This document shows, in pieces, positions 24,296 through 37,741 of a stretch of 64,000 bases of DNA. A model generated the notes under the pieces. The model ran no database searches, had not been told where the DNA came from, and was given only the letters and a program-made list of their open reading frames with translations. This stretch comes from Stegostoma tigrinum (Eukaryota): assembly GCF_030684315.1 (NCBI RefSeq), contig NC_081356.1:28049197-28113196 (forward strand), written 5' to 3'. The translations under genes were made by a program, and so were the position numbers. Every line of letters begins with the position of its first letter. Position 1 is the stretch's first letter.

Positions 24296-27054
24296 AATTC
24301 TCATAGACAGCAACACAGGGTGTAAAAGATCATCATTTACTTTTTGACAATTCACGGGAAAACAAAATGAAGACTGTAGGAGCTGAAATTGCAGAAATTT
24401 TTAAAAGTGGCTGTATTTATTATTTTAAAAGTGATGAAATAGCCGAATGACAGTCCACACCTTTTACATATTTTTTTGAGTGTTAGTGTTAGGTTAACAC
24501 ACCATTTAGAGACTTAATTACCCTCCCTGCAGAAGGCATAATAAACTGTTTGGTGGTTTTCACCGTGATGGTGGTACATAAGAAATTCAACTTCGTACCA
24601 AATCATGGAGACTGTGTTGATCATGTCTGTGAATGCTGCAAAAATGTATCCTATTGAGCAGCAAAATATTCCTGACAGCACCCTCCACATTCCTGCGTTT
24701 AACTGCTTAGATGCAGACACAAGAATTTACTATCTGATTTACACAGTAACTATGTTGAACATTGTGGTTATAAAGTTGGCAGTTTTGTCAAATTGTGGGC
24801 CAATGTGTGAACATTGGGCATTCCCTCCGACCTCAGGACTAACAAAACCACGGAGTCATTTCTGCGCAGGATGTAGGCTGTGAGATATGGTTGGTGAGAC
24901 ATGATCAAAGTTTAATGCTACTAAGGCTAGCAAACCACGTAGGTAGAGCGAACTGTCTCCTGCATAGGAAGCCAGCAGTAAAAGTAGGTTAGAATTCTAT
25001 GCAATGGGTACTGGAAAGGTGGAACTATTAACTGCAAGCAATAATAGATAGATCAATTGCTAATTTTAAATCTAAGATTGATTGATCTTTGTTAGGTAAG
25101 GGTATTAAGGGATTTGCAGCAAAGGCAGATGGATAGAGTAAAATCACAGATCATCCATGATCTCAATGAATGTACTAACCGACCTACCAAACTAAATGGC
25201 CTTCCTCGACTCCTATGATCTGGATTGGCTATTAAATGACTACCTAACTACATATAATTATGCCATTTGGGAGAATTCCACAGGCAAATGAGAATATGAG
25301 CTGAAAATTCCAAACCTGTAAGATTTGTGTTTCCTTGCCCATCCTTTCTACATTTGAAATTTCTAATAGTTTTCTATTCCCAATTGTCTGGCATAGTTTG
25401 GAGTGATTTCCTGATGGAGTGGGAGAATATGACAAACATATCAGCATCGGCATAGATCATTTGATTTGAACAGTAATTGCTATGCCATACCTCTTTGCTT
25501 TTACTGAGGCGATTAATGTATATGGAATCTATGTTTAGCCACAACATAAATATAGACTGTTCTAGAAACTGAACATGTTGATGCTGCAATGAGTGGTTGG
25601 CAACCAATTAATTTCACTGACATTGACCTGATGAGTATGCATTGTAGCCTATTGTACTGGCAGCTTCAGTCATGTCAGGGCAAGCGTGTAAACCTACTGA
25701 AAATTCTCATGGCAACGTCTTCCAAATGTTTTGTCAGCGCATATTCTAATAAAAAAAAGTCCTCATCTTTTAATTTGGAGAAAAATGTAAGTTGTAATGT
25801 CAGCAGTGGTTTTAGGACTTTTAGGACTCTATTTTCCACTGTCCAATTGCTATGTTATCTTACATATTTTGATCGACTTTGTTGAACTATATTTATTTTC
25901 TTTTGCCCTATGCTAATTCAACAGCCTCAACCTTCCAAAGGCATTTTCACCAATGCGGATCTCACATGGCTGTATTACAGCCCCTCAACAAGGTTTTGTC
26001 TCTATTAATTATCCTCACATAGACTCCATTGGCTATGTTCACTTGCATTCATAAGAATAGGGCAATTTTCCATTGATTGATTCCTGTTGTGTGCGTGAAT
26101 AATCAGAAGCACAGAATGCCATTGGTTCCATCATGCCTGTACCAGCTGTTTGAAAGAACTCTCCATGTAGTCCCATTGCTCTGTTCACTTCCATATCATC
26201 CTATAATTTTCTCCTGTTTGAGCCTTTATCTAATTCTTTGTCGTAAGTTGCTAATGAATCCAGTTCTACTGCCCTTGTGAGTAGCACATTCTATGGCATA
26301 CCAACCCATGTGTAAAAGGGTGTCTTTTCCATGCCCTCTCTGTTATTTTGGCTGATCTTTAATCTGTATTCCCTGGTTGCTGACCTTCCTGGTACTGGAT
26401 ACGTTTTCTCTTTATTTACTCTATCAAAACACTTCCTGATTTTGAGTATCTCTACTAAGTCTTTTCTGTTTTTACTGCAACTCATCATAAATAATAATTT
26501 TTCAAAATCCCCTTAATGAAGCTATATTAGTGTTCATCTATACTTTATTCATTGTCAGTGGGCAGGAAAATGGAGTTTTGCTGATGATTAGCCATGATCA
26601 TATTAAATGGTGGGGTAGGTTCAAGAAACTGAATGAATGATCTATTCCTGTTCCTATTTCTTATGCTATTGTGAAATGAAGAGATGTTAGTGAAACTACT
26701 TGTCAGGGTAGACACAAGAATGCCCTATTTTTAAAGGGAACAACAGGAGCATCTTGAAGCATTTCATCTGGGTTGAGTTAAGCCGAGCTTTGACAGCAGT
26801 AGTTGCCTGCTACACTCTCCATTAACAACATTTTGACCAATCAGAGTTAAATTGTCACCTAATCAGCACTTTTTTTCCTCATTATTTATTACTCCTAGCT
26901 AGGAAGTTTGACATTCTTGCAATTATGTCCTGATGAAAAGGTTTGACAGCATGTCCTGTTATATTTTGTACAACACATTACCTGATTGATTTTTTTAAAA
27001 ATGTGTTTGAACCAGAGAATAATCCCATGATTTAAGACTTCTTTTTATTTACAG

Positions 27055-27111
27055 GTAATCCTTTCAGGAATCCTAGGATTAACCACGTGGAAAAGGCCAA
27101 TGCTATTATTG
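27055..27111 (+). CDS. ENTREP1: ENTREP1 (FAM189A2) coding exon 2
   Basis: Acceptor cttctttttatttacAG|; 57 nt = VILSGILGLTTWKRPMLLL; donor |GTAAGA. Phase 0/0 joins exon 1 in frame (...PFWAGSS|VILSG...), matching the recalled human VILSGIIGLTTWKRPMILL. Confidence 0.93.
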
Positions 27112-27959
27112 GTAAGAAATGTGATGTGCTCTCTTCTGTACATATTTTGAAGTTTTCTTTTTTGGTTTTTGTTCCACACCAGCCAATAGCTAAATGGTCA
27201 ATGTATTCACAGTATAGCAACTTAGACTGATGCAGCACAGAGGAGCTATTTGGTCTGTCGTATCTTTGCCATATCTTTCGAAGAGTTGTCCACTTTCTCT
27301 CACTATTTCCCCACAGTTGTAGATTGTTCCTTTTCAAGCATCATGTTATTATTGAACCTGCTCTGACTACTTTTTCAACCAGCATTCAGCATATCACAAC
27401 AATTCTCTGCATGGAAAGGTTTCTCCTCATCTCACCTCATCACCCTGTAAGTCCTCCTGATGTGACAAAGAACTATTCACTATTACTCCTTGTTTTCTAT
27501 CCCCTGGACAACACTGTATCCATGGAGTCACTGTCCTTTTAGTTCCCTGGGACCAGTTTTGTGAACATATTAACATTACGTGTGAACTTATGAAATGTGT
27601 TTTGAAAGTCCATATACACAACACCAGCCACCATATCCTCACTGCCCTCTCTGTTACTCCGTCAAACAACTCATTTGAGTTCTTGCTCGCTGAAAGTTTT
27701 CATGCATCTCACTTGAAAATTTGTGTGCTTAATAGGATTGGAATCTGATCAACAAATAGTTAGTGACGGTGCATAAGGACTTTGCTGCAAATCAGCTGAG
27801 TGTGTTTTATGCTGATTCAGACCACTACATAGTTTTCGTGATCCATTGTTGCAACTAGTGCTGTATCATTGTTAAATTTCTGTCTGAGAATCACACCTTT
27901 GGGACACTTTGCAATTTCAAAGGTGTTTTTTTTAAAAATGCAAGTTAGTGATGTACGAT

Positions 27960-28205
27960 ACCCTTGTGTGGCGCGATTTCAAAGAAGAGCAGAGGATTTA
28001 TCCTTTCCAACTTGACTAATATTTATCCCTCAGTAAACATCATTAAAAGCAGATTATGGGGGTATCATCACGTTGCTGTTTGTGAGATCTCACTGTGCCC
28101 CAATTGGCCGCTGCATTCAAAATGAACTGTACTTCTAGTAGCACTAACTTGACTGTTTAGTGCCTTGAGACTTCTGGTCATGGAAAGTACTATGTAAGAA
28201 CAAAA
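27960..28205 (+). mobile_element. Deu-domain SINE fragment
   Basis: TTTCAAAGAAGAGCAGAGG...AATATTTATCCCTCA...CAGATTAT...TTGCTGTTTGTGAGATCT. Confidence 0.65.
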
Positions 28206-29334
28206 TTTTCCTTTAAGTAAAGAAGATGTCAGCATTTAAGAAGTAAAAATATTTTGCCAATATTCCTTCCTGGTAACTACATTGACTAACAGTAAGATCA
28301 ACTCTGCACATCACCAGGACATATTCAGTACATTTCAGATGTGTCTATGCTCCATTATTCCTGTGACCAGTAAAGTTCTTGTGATTTCTTTTTTTCTCTT
28401 GGTCTAAGATGACTGACCAAAAAGATGACGGTGTCTAATTTTAGTGAAAGCCGAACATAGATGGTCTAATATCACCGGCTAAATTGGAGCAGGGTGGGGA
28501 TAGTTCCTCAAATGTGTTATGTTCTAATGTTTCCATTCAGCCCTGTTCCAGCAGCGTCGGTCTCTGTCCCCTAATGGTTTCTCTGTTCCCACAGCCAACA
28601 CGAGCAGACACACTATCTTGAACATTCATTCACCGTCTCAATTTTGGGTTGCTGATTTTAGCTGGAATGGTTCTGAAAGCTTAATTACACAAGTTCCTAA
28701 TCAGTCCTTGCAGCTTCCTTTTTTTTCTGAATCTAAAAAAAAACTAGCTGACAGCGCAACTAAATGAAAACGAATACACCAGTAAATGTTCTTGTGATTG
28801 CTCGTGAGTGATTATTCACCAATTCCTGGAGATTCTAGGATCATACTGGAGTGTTGGCAGCCCCTAATCCCCATTTTCGGACTGTGTTTCTTTCAGTCAT
28901 GTAACCGGTGAATGTGATGTTAGCTTCAATTCATTTGTTGATGATTGCTAACTGGATACCACTTGTTATTGCCAAGTTTGTCTGTCCCATGCATCTCCTT
29001 GATAAGCTGAACACTTCCTGCAGTTTGACATTCTGCCTGGACGCTGCCAGAAACTCTGTGCCTCAGGAGGTGCCTCAGTCCCCAGGCGAAGCTGCATGGC
29101 ATGATTGTGGGGTTAAGCTGTACATTGTTTGCTACTTTAATCTCTTGTAAAGGATCATAATTAGCAATGATCCAACTTGCCAACATGATGACAGGAATTT
29201 CATAGGCCATGTACATTCTGAGCAGGTAAAAGAGTTTCAGTCACTGAAACTTGTCCCCTCATTCAATTGGATCTGTGTCTTAAGTCCATCGGTCCACCTT
29301 GGTTCCATACTCTTAAATATCTAACAATGAAATA

Positions 29335-29490
29335 AAGCAAAGAACTGCAGATGCTTGAAACCTGAAACAAGTTGCTGGGTAAAGTCAGCAGTTCTGAAGA
29401 AGGATCACTGCATCTAAATTGTTAACTCTGCTTTCTGTCCACAGATTCTGCCAAACGGGCTGAGTTTCTCCAGCAACGTCAGCTTTTCTA
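29335..29490 (+). mobile_element. Short PLE terminal insertion (family A) with inverted 5' piece
   Basis: CAGTTCTGAAGAAGGATCACTGCATCTAAATTGTTAACTCTG; the 5' part is the reverse complement of the family's 3' part. Confidence 0.7.
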
Positions 29491-30699
29491 ATGATCTATC
29501 AATTCCCAATTTCCACTATCATTTGTGTAAAAACTACCTACTGATTTTAACCCTGAATGGCCTGTCACTAATTTTAAGGTTTTGCCTCCTTGTTCTGGAT
29601 TACCCCTGCCAGAAGAAACAGTTTTTGTCTACCCCCATCAAATCCTTTATGAAGCACCTCCACTAGAATACTACTTTATCTTCCATACTTGAGGGAATGC
29701 TCCTTTACTTTGTTTTGTACTTACTTTGATTTGTGTACTTGGACTCCTACATCACTCCGCTCTTCCACCTTTCCCAGCTGCTCGCTGTTGAGAAGTTGTT
29801 TTATCTTTTCATGGGACCTGATTGTCTCTGGGAAGGCCAACATTTGTTGCCCATCTCTGGTTGCCCTTGAAGTGAATGGCTTGTTACGCCATTTCAGAGG
29901 GCAGTTAAAAGTCAACCACAACGCTGTCCATCTGGAGGCCAGACTAGCTAAGGATGGCAGATTTCCTTCCCTAAAGGACATTAGTGAATCCAACAGGTTT
30001 TTGCAATAAATGACGATAGCTGCATGGGGTGCAATCCTCAAGGGTTCTGAACGATGGGGGCCATAGTGAGATTCAAGGTGGAATTAGTCAAGCAAGGCTC
30101 GACACTAGAACAACTTGCTGTATCTTTTATGTATCTGCCGGGTGTCAAAGTGTGCTTCTTGCGAGCAGTGACTATAGTTGCCTACTGGGGTGGGGTAGCT
30201 TTTGCTTGCGAACAACATTATTAATGGCATATCTTGTTTCATTGGTGTTCAGCTTTCTATCTTATCAAACATGCCAAACGAACCTAATGCTGAACATTAT
30301 TGCCATGGAAGGCGGGGCAGATGCCTGCCGACTTCAGCTCATTGACTGTTTCAAAAGAAGCCAATGCTGCACCTCGGGCTACACCAGCCATTATCGTTCG
30401 CGATGCTGCAGCAAGGACACTGTGTGCTGAGCTCAGGGACTGCCCCAATCTGCATCTCTGGGCTGTTCACTTCTGTCGTAGCACTCCCTCATTCTGAGCC
30501 TGCTGTGCACTCCCTTGCCTTGCCTGTATGTTCTTTAACCCCTCAGCCAGAGATAGCAGATTCTCAGTACTGTGGCACTGCTTTGTCATTTAGCACAAAC
30601 ACAAAGCCAGGAAGCTGGTCATATTTATTATCAGTCAACCTTTGCTCAGGGGGTCCCAGTACAGTAAGTCTAGGGCAGCCAGTGATACGAGTTCAGGGG

Positions 30700-31272
30700 C
30701 TTGGAGGTGGTCAATCAGCTGCTCGAGGCAGAGTCACAGTCAGGATCCTCTCCACATCAGGAGTGAGGAGCTGAATGTTAGACAGCTGCCCACATGTCTT
30801 GACTCTTTCTGCCCTGTTGTGGGCTGTTTACCTCTCTGAATGAGAGACAAGTAAATACTAAGGAGATGGATGTGGGTGGCACAGCTGTTACATTCAGTGC
30901 AGGTGGGGAGGTGTACCGAGTGAGTGAGTTGGCAGCGGAGAAGGTGCCGGGGGTGTTGGTGTTAATAGTGCCGGGGTTGTTGGGGTGGATGAGAGTGAGC
31001 GTGGGAAGATGCTGCAAGCACTAGTGAGAGTGGTAAAGCATGAGCCTTGGTAAGAGGTGGGTACTGTAACAGAGATAGAGAGAGTGTGAAGTAGATAGTA
31101 GATAGTAGATCTTACACTGGCAGAATGGAGAAGGTCGTTGATAATCTTCCAACGTTACTGTTTGCCTCTTGAGACAGCTGAGACTAAGCTGTGATCTCTG
31201 AAGCAAAATTGGGCCAGGCTAGCACGGTCTGGTGTTCAAGACGCCTCTGTTGGTCCAGGGTTGATGGGAGGG

Positions 31273-31325
<53 letters not shown>

Positions 31326-31420
31326 GGACCATCCCATCCAGCAGGAGCTCCAGGTTCCTGTCTGCAAAGCTTGGCATGAAATTTCCCTCGTCTGGGGCAA
31401 ATATCAGGAACTGTGCAGGA
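30700..31420 (-). pseudogene. Fossil Harbinger/PIF-type transposon Myb/SANT-like gene with intron
   Basis: Reverse strand: PSFADRNLELLLDGM...LDQQRRLEHQTVLAW...INDLLHSAS|gtaag, intron, ttcag|...TAHNRAERVKTCG..NIQLLTPDVERIL. Resembles NAIF1/Harbinger Myb-SANT proteins. Frameshifted. Confidence 0.6.
31277..31320 (+). repeat. (TG)22 microsatellite
   Basis: Perfect TG dinucleotide run. Confidence 0.97.
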
Positions 31421-32839
31421 CAGCTCAGACTCACTTGTACTTGCCTGGGTGTCCAGTGGTCTAATAGAGAGGGCACTAGCATTAGGAATGTCGGTCCATT
31501 CCAGATTATCCAACGAGTTCCGGGAATGATGTATGGTAAAATGTGGCTGCATTCGGGTTAGAGACATGCTGTTGAGGTGGAATGGGTAGTTGACTAAGCA
31601 AGTTTGATAATGTATGGCAAGAAATCTCACTAGGCTTTACAGCAAAAAAACGTTCTAAAATCCAGCTGAAACTTAACCCAAAAAAAATGTAAGGTTCAAC
31701 ATCCAGACAACATTACTGTTCAATTCCAGTTTTTAATGCAGTGAATTTAAATTCCACCAGCTGGCATTGTGGTATTTGAACTCAGGTTCCCCCCCCATTA
31801 TTAACCAAGGTTTCAGCATTACAAATCCAATAACATTCCTGTTATTGTATTGTTTCCTCTAAATACTTTGACCAATGTAGTTCCATAATTGATGCCCTCA
31901 TACCTCTGCACTGTGAACTCCATCTGCTGCTGTTTCTCCTCTTAAACTAACATTTCAACAATTCACTAGTCACAGAAGGCATTTAACATATGTGAATAGA
32001 ATGGAAGAAACAATATTTCTGTTAATTTATGAAAAACATTAAATATTTTCTTTACAATCACTTTTTAAGAGTCCAACTGAGCATCACCAAAACGTTATAA
32101 TTCCATTTGTTTGTCACATTCTTTTCAATATTGGTGGTATCTTGTTTTCTGAACCTTTGCTGTTCACCTGTGATTTGCAATTTTAATGAATGTGGAAGAG
32201 GTTTGTAATAAAAAGGGCTAATTCTAGGTTGAAGGAAACACCTTTAAGGCGAACTGGATAAATGCATGGTTAACATTTGGTATTAAGCATCTTAAGGGTA
32301 AGTATAGAGGGAGACAAGATCAAACACTCTTGTGCAATACATTGGCTGTTGTGTTGTTTTGAGCTCTGAAATGTTATCTGTAGAATTCTATTGATCAAGG
32401 TTGAGTCACATAGATTAGACATTACAAAATTTCATTTTCCTCAGTTATCTTGAATAATTTAAAAAGATTTATTTGATCACGTTTATTGAAAGCAGTATAA
32501 GCTACACCTCAAATCCCTAGCACTCTTGTTGTATAATTTGCTGAGAACTGTTAAAATGTATCCAATCTTTCCAAAATTAGTGGTATTACTGAACTCACAA
32601 TACACCAAAAATGAAACGATTACTTGTAAAGGGCCTTCCCTTCACTCCCAGTGCTAATCTCAAGAAAAAAATAAATGTCCTTATCCTGGAGGAACATCTG
32701 AAGTCTGGATTTTCATCATGATCTGTACAAATTTAAAATGGCACACATTGGACACAATGGCACACTTTTACTTTCCAGCACTTGGACATCTGTAATACTG
32801 GCCCATTATACTATATTATTGCAGCAATACATCACTTTA

Positions 32840-33920
32840 TTCATGATGGAGAGTAGACTGAGGAGTGGTAATTGGTTGGGTTGGATTTGTCCTGCTTTTA
32901 CCTGGGTGACTTCCTGACATTGTTGGATAGATGCCAGTATTGTAACTGTACTGGAACAGCTGGGCTAGAGTGACAAGTTCTGGGGCACAAATTTTCACTA
33001 CTATTGTCAAAATGCTGTCAGGGCTGATAGCTTTATCAGTGCCCAGTGCCTGTAGCCATTTCTTGATATCATGTGGAGTGAACTGAATTGACTGGAGCTT
33101 GGCATCTGTGATGCTGGGGACCTCTGGAGGAGGCTGACACATTTCTGGGTGAAAGTTGTTGCGGATGCTTCAGCCTTAGCTATTACACTGATGTGCTGGA
33201 CCCTATCTCTTTGACAACAGGATATTTGCGGAGCTGCCTCCTCCTGTGAGTTATTTAATTGTCCACCTCCATTCATGACTGGAAGTGGCAGGACTGCAGA
33301 GCTCAGATCTGATCCATTGGTTGTGGGATTGCTTAGCTCTGTCTATCACTTGCTGCTTATAAGAACATGACAAACAGGAGCAGGAGTAGGCCATCTGGCC
33401 CAACAAGCCTTTTCCACCATTTAATAAGATCATAGCTGATCTTTTTGTTGACTCTGTTCCACTTGCCCGCCCGCTCCCCATAACCCTTGATTCCTTTACA
33501 AAATCAATGTTGTTTGACATGCAAGTACTCCGGTTTTGTAGCTTCAGACGGATGCCTTATCTTTAGGTATGAATGGCAATCAGGAAGTTTTTTTGCCCAC
33601 CTTTGACTTGATGCTGTGAGACCACTTGAGAACTGGACTCAGTGTTAAAGACTTCCATGGCAACTTCCACTGACTGTATACTGCTGTGCTGCCACCTCTG
33701 CTGAGTTTGTCCAGCTGGCGGGACAGGGGATATCCAGGGATGGTGATGATGGTATACAGGACATTGTATGGTATGATTCTGAGAGTATGATCATGTTAAG
33801 CTGTTATTTGACCCAGTCGGGGCGACAGCTCTCCCAATTTTGGCACTAGCCTCCAGATGTTGGGAAGGAGGATTGGCAGGATCAGCAAGGTTGAGTTTGC
33901 TGTTCTTTGAGTTTGATTTA
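32840..33920 (-). mobile_element. CR1/Jockey-group LINE fragment (EN-RT junction) with a small nested CR1 tail at about 33358-33510
   Basis: ORFs 32837..33142 (IQFTPHDIKKWL..DKA.SPD..LFQYSYNTGIYP) and 33251..33520 (ELCSPATSSHEWRWTIK). Confidence 0.75.
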
Positions 33921-33959
33921 TTACTGTCATAAGTACCGAGATAGAGTGGAAAAAGGGTT

Positions 33960-34180
33960 TTTTTCGGCTGTGTTCATGACTCCCTGTGGTTTCTTGTGGC
34001 CTTGGGAAGACCTTTTGCCGAGCCATGCTGTGATGCATCCGGATAGGATGCTTTCTATGGTGCATCTATTAAAAAATGGGTAAGTGTCTTTGTGGATGTG
34101 CTGACTTTCCTGGAGAAATGGAGACATTGATGTACTTTCATAACTGTCACATCAGCATGGATTGTGTTAATGCCTGATGG
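33960..34180 (-). mobile_element. Rex1/Babar-like LINE fragment
   Basis: RCTIESILSGCITAWLG...VMNTA in ORF 33927..34127. Confidence 0.7.
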
Positions 34181-36119
34181 TCCGTCAAGTTTCGTTTTTT
34201 CAGTTTTCACTTTGTACAACTGAGAGGCTTGCTCAACCATTTCAGAGTACAGTTAAGAGTCAGCCGTATTGTTGTAGATATGGGGTTACATGTAGGCCAG
34301 ACCAGCTAAGGATAGCAGAATGCCTTCTCAAAAGGCTATTGGTGAACCAGATGGGTTTCTATCAAAGCCGACAAATTATGAGGTCATCATTAGATTTCTA
34401 ATTCCAGATTATTTGAGTTTTAATTCCACGATCTGCTGATTTAAATCCACGTCCCCAGACTATGACTTGGAAAACGGGATTACTAGTGACAATATCACTT
34501 TGCTATCTCCTCCCCATATTGGAGCTAATATTGCCTGAAAGAACCTATGCTTCTGCTTTCATCTACTAATACCATAGGAAGGAGCCACTTAGTCTAAACA
34601 AAGCCAAAAAAAATCAGTCAGAAAAACTCTAAGACAACATATGCAGGGCTGATCCATCACAGGGCATCTAGTTAATATTTAACGTTCCTAAGCCATCCTT
34701 AGAATCCGCTGTATCAAAGCTATAACTGAACACATTAGGATTGCTGAGTCATCAGAGCCAAGATTCTTAATGTGTAAACCGGTGAGTGAGATCAGATTGT
34801 CAAACTGCAATTACTCTACTACTCTAGATGGCTATCTAATAGAATCCACAGACCGTGAACGGAGCCGTTCACATCTGTTTACATCAGTCCTAACTTCTCA
34901 CTGCATCAAATGCAGCGTTTCCTTGATTTCTAATTCCTCCTTCTCCCAGTGTCTTCATCGCCCACTTTAAGCAACTTAAATCTTGCTCCAAATGCTTCCA
35001 CAAGTAGTCAGAACGAAAGGAAAGTTGGCTTTTTTGTTTTAATTAATATATAGGATCAATTGGTGGCCGGGGCAGTACTTAGTGTCTGGTTTTAATTTTC
35101 AGAAGCAGACTTGCTGAGGAGCTGCACTCTGTGTGGTGTAGGTACACCCACTGTGCTGTTTGGGAGGAGACACCTAGGTTTTGCAGGTGGTGAGATGCCC
35201 ATGCATCTGTTGCTGTTGCTCCTGTAGATGGTGGAGGTTACACAGTTTGGAGTTTCTACAGCGAATCTTATACACTGCTGCCACTGTGTACTAGTGATGG
35301 GAACAGTGCATGCTTCTGGTGATGGTCGGGATGTGGGCTCAGGCCAGTGATCAATAAAAGTAGTGCTCATCAAGTTGGCCCAAAATGCAATTTTCAGACA
35401 CAGTCGAATACCCTCTTCACCAGTCTTGGTGGTTGCTGTATCTTTACATTTCTCATTCTAACATATTCTCCCTAACGGCATTGTCAGTGGAAATCCAGCA
35501 AAAAAAACTCATTGCAGTAACTGATCATCTCATCCTTGAGAACTTGGTGCAACAAGCCTAATTATGTGGTGAAAATTTGGGATGCTTGATTTGGAGCAGA
35601 AAACTAGTGGAATCTGTTTTCACACTAACTTTCTGACCATCAACATTACTCACCCTGATGTCAGACTGAACACCAGTGGAAAATGCACTGAAACCTCAGG
35701 GTCTCTATTGTTATGTAGATGGTACCCAAGTTGGTTCCCTTAATAATTAACTTGATCTAGCTAGTAAAAATGCTGAGGTACTTGAGACGTGTCTGTGCCC
35801 ATTGAAGGGTAGACAAGAAAGTGTTACCAAGTGATCTCTGCTTTCACTGTTGTGGATGGTGTCACTCGTATTCAAACCCTGTCAAACCTCCTCATACCAA
35901 CCTACAGTGTGTGTGTGGCTGTGTGTTTGTGTTAGTGTTACAGCATTCTTGTATGATGTTAAGTCATTAAATAGATCTATCTTCAAATCAGGGGAAGTTC
36001 AGAGTTTCAGCTGTCACAAAGGGTCCGTTCCCTCACTGTTTCAGTTATGGTGCTCTCTGTTCAGCTGGGCTTAAAATGAACTTGAGAGGGATCAGTAGAT
36101 CATAATCTGACCAAATGAA

Positions 36120-36450
36120 AACTTGAATTTATACAGCACTTTCCACAATCTCAGGATGCCCTTTGCAGCCAGATGAGTAATCCTGAAGTGTAGTTGCTAT
36201 CTTAATGTAGGAAATGCAGCAGCAAATTTGTGTACAGCAAGACGCCACAATATCAAAGTGAAAATAACCAATTACTTTGTACGATGAGTAGTTGTCAAGG
36301 TAATCATCGCGGATCTTTTATGCTCAAAAATGGCAGATGGAACCTCAATTCAACCTGGAGTTTGAGTTCAAGTGTCTGGACTGGGATTTGAACCCACAAC
36401 ATTTAGAGTGTGAGGCATTTGTGTTGCCCAGTGAACCATAGCTGATGCCT
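36120..36450 (-). mobile_element. Deu-domain SINE, degenerate
   Basis: Reverse tRNA-like head (GGGTTCAAATCCC box B) and ACTTGAATTTATACAGCAC tail. Confidence 0.55.
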
Positions 36451-37741
36451 GATCATTTTGACAAGGCAGTAGTGGGGTATTATTTGGTGACTTGGCAACA
36501 GGACTGGCAGCTGATTGTGTACGGGGTTTTTTTCTGCCCTGCTTCATAATCATTTTTAAACAGTTTCTGAAGAATGCCTGTCAGCACAGCTCATATTCCG
36601 ACAGAATCTGGCAATTAACATGACCCTAGCACCTCAGGCAACAAGTGTGCCTTTTTGAGGTGATATGGCATGTATTTTAGAGGTACAGGATAATGTAATA
36701 AACTGTAACACAGCCCTGTACAGAAATAGAACTGTCAAATCTCCGGGTGGACTGAAGTGCATAGTGTTACTGATGGAGTTATAAAGAGAAACCATGATTA
36801 ATATTTGTTGTGATTAGTTAATTACAGTGTTAATGTTCTTGTAACATGCAACTAACACATCCTATTTATATGATCAATAGGATGAAAAGTGGTTAGCTTT
36901 CTGATTTGTATGGTTTTGTTTTTGTCAACATGTTATACTGAGTGATATGGGTGAACATGTTCTTCCAGACATTCTGATCGTAGTTTCAGTGGATGACCTT
37001 GTGGTTGGAATTGTGGTTAAACAGTCTATAGTGTTGTCTAAGCTGCTTCCTTCACTGTCGGTCTCTTGATCATCTTTGGTTGTTAATCCTTCCAGTGCTG
37101 ATTAAACACTGTGACCATTCTGCACAATAACATTTTGTCTTTGTCGATTTGTCTTCTTTTGGTATTATTCTAAAGGATTGTTCATTCTCCCGAACTCATT
37201 CAGTATACTTTCGTTAGTTCTTTTTCCTATTGGATTTGCTCTTAGCATCTTGCGTAAGCGTCACATTTTTAAGCTGTTGATTCACTTTCCTCCCTCTTTC
37301 CCAATGCTCCAAGCTTCTTAACCCTAGTTCATTACAGACCAGACATTGCATTTGACTTGAAAACAACAAATGCTGGAGCTCACAGTAGGTCAGACAGCAT
37401 CCATGGAGACAGAGCAAGTGGACGCTTTGAATCTAGATAATTCTTCATCAGAGCTGGTGTGGAGGGGGCAGAATTTATACTACTGTTTGGGGTAGGTGCG
37501 GTGGTGGTAGTGGGTAGAGTGCTAGAGGAAAAATGTACCTATTAAATGATCGGAATGTGAAAATGGCAGAACAATGATGTGTCTCCTGCCAGACTGGAAA
37601 GGACAGGAACTGGGATGGAGGGAGGGGAGGACATGATAACGAGCAAAAAGAAAAGGAAGAAAAGGTTCACAATTTGAAGGTGTTGAACTCACAAAGTCCA
37701 GAAGGCTGTAAATTGTCCAGTCTGAACAAGAAATATTGTTC

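Noticed and set aside
31184-31482. Cys-Val or His-Thr repeat proteins in several ORFs
   Set aside because: Translations of the (TG)22 microsatellite
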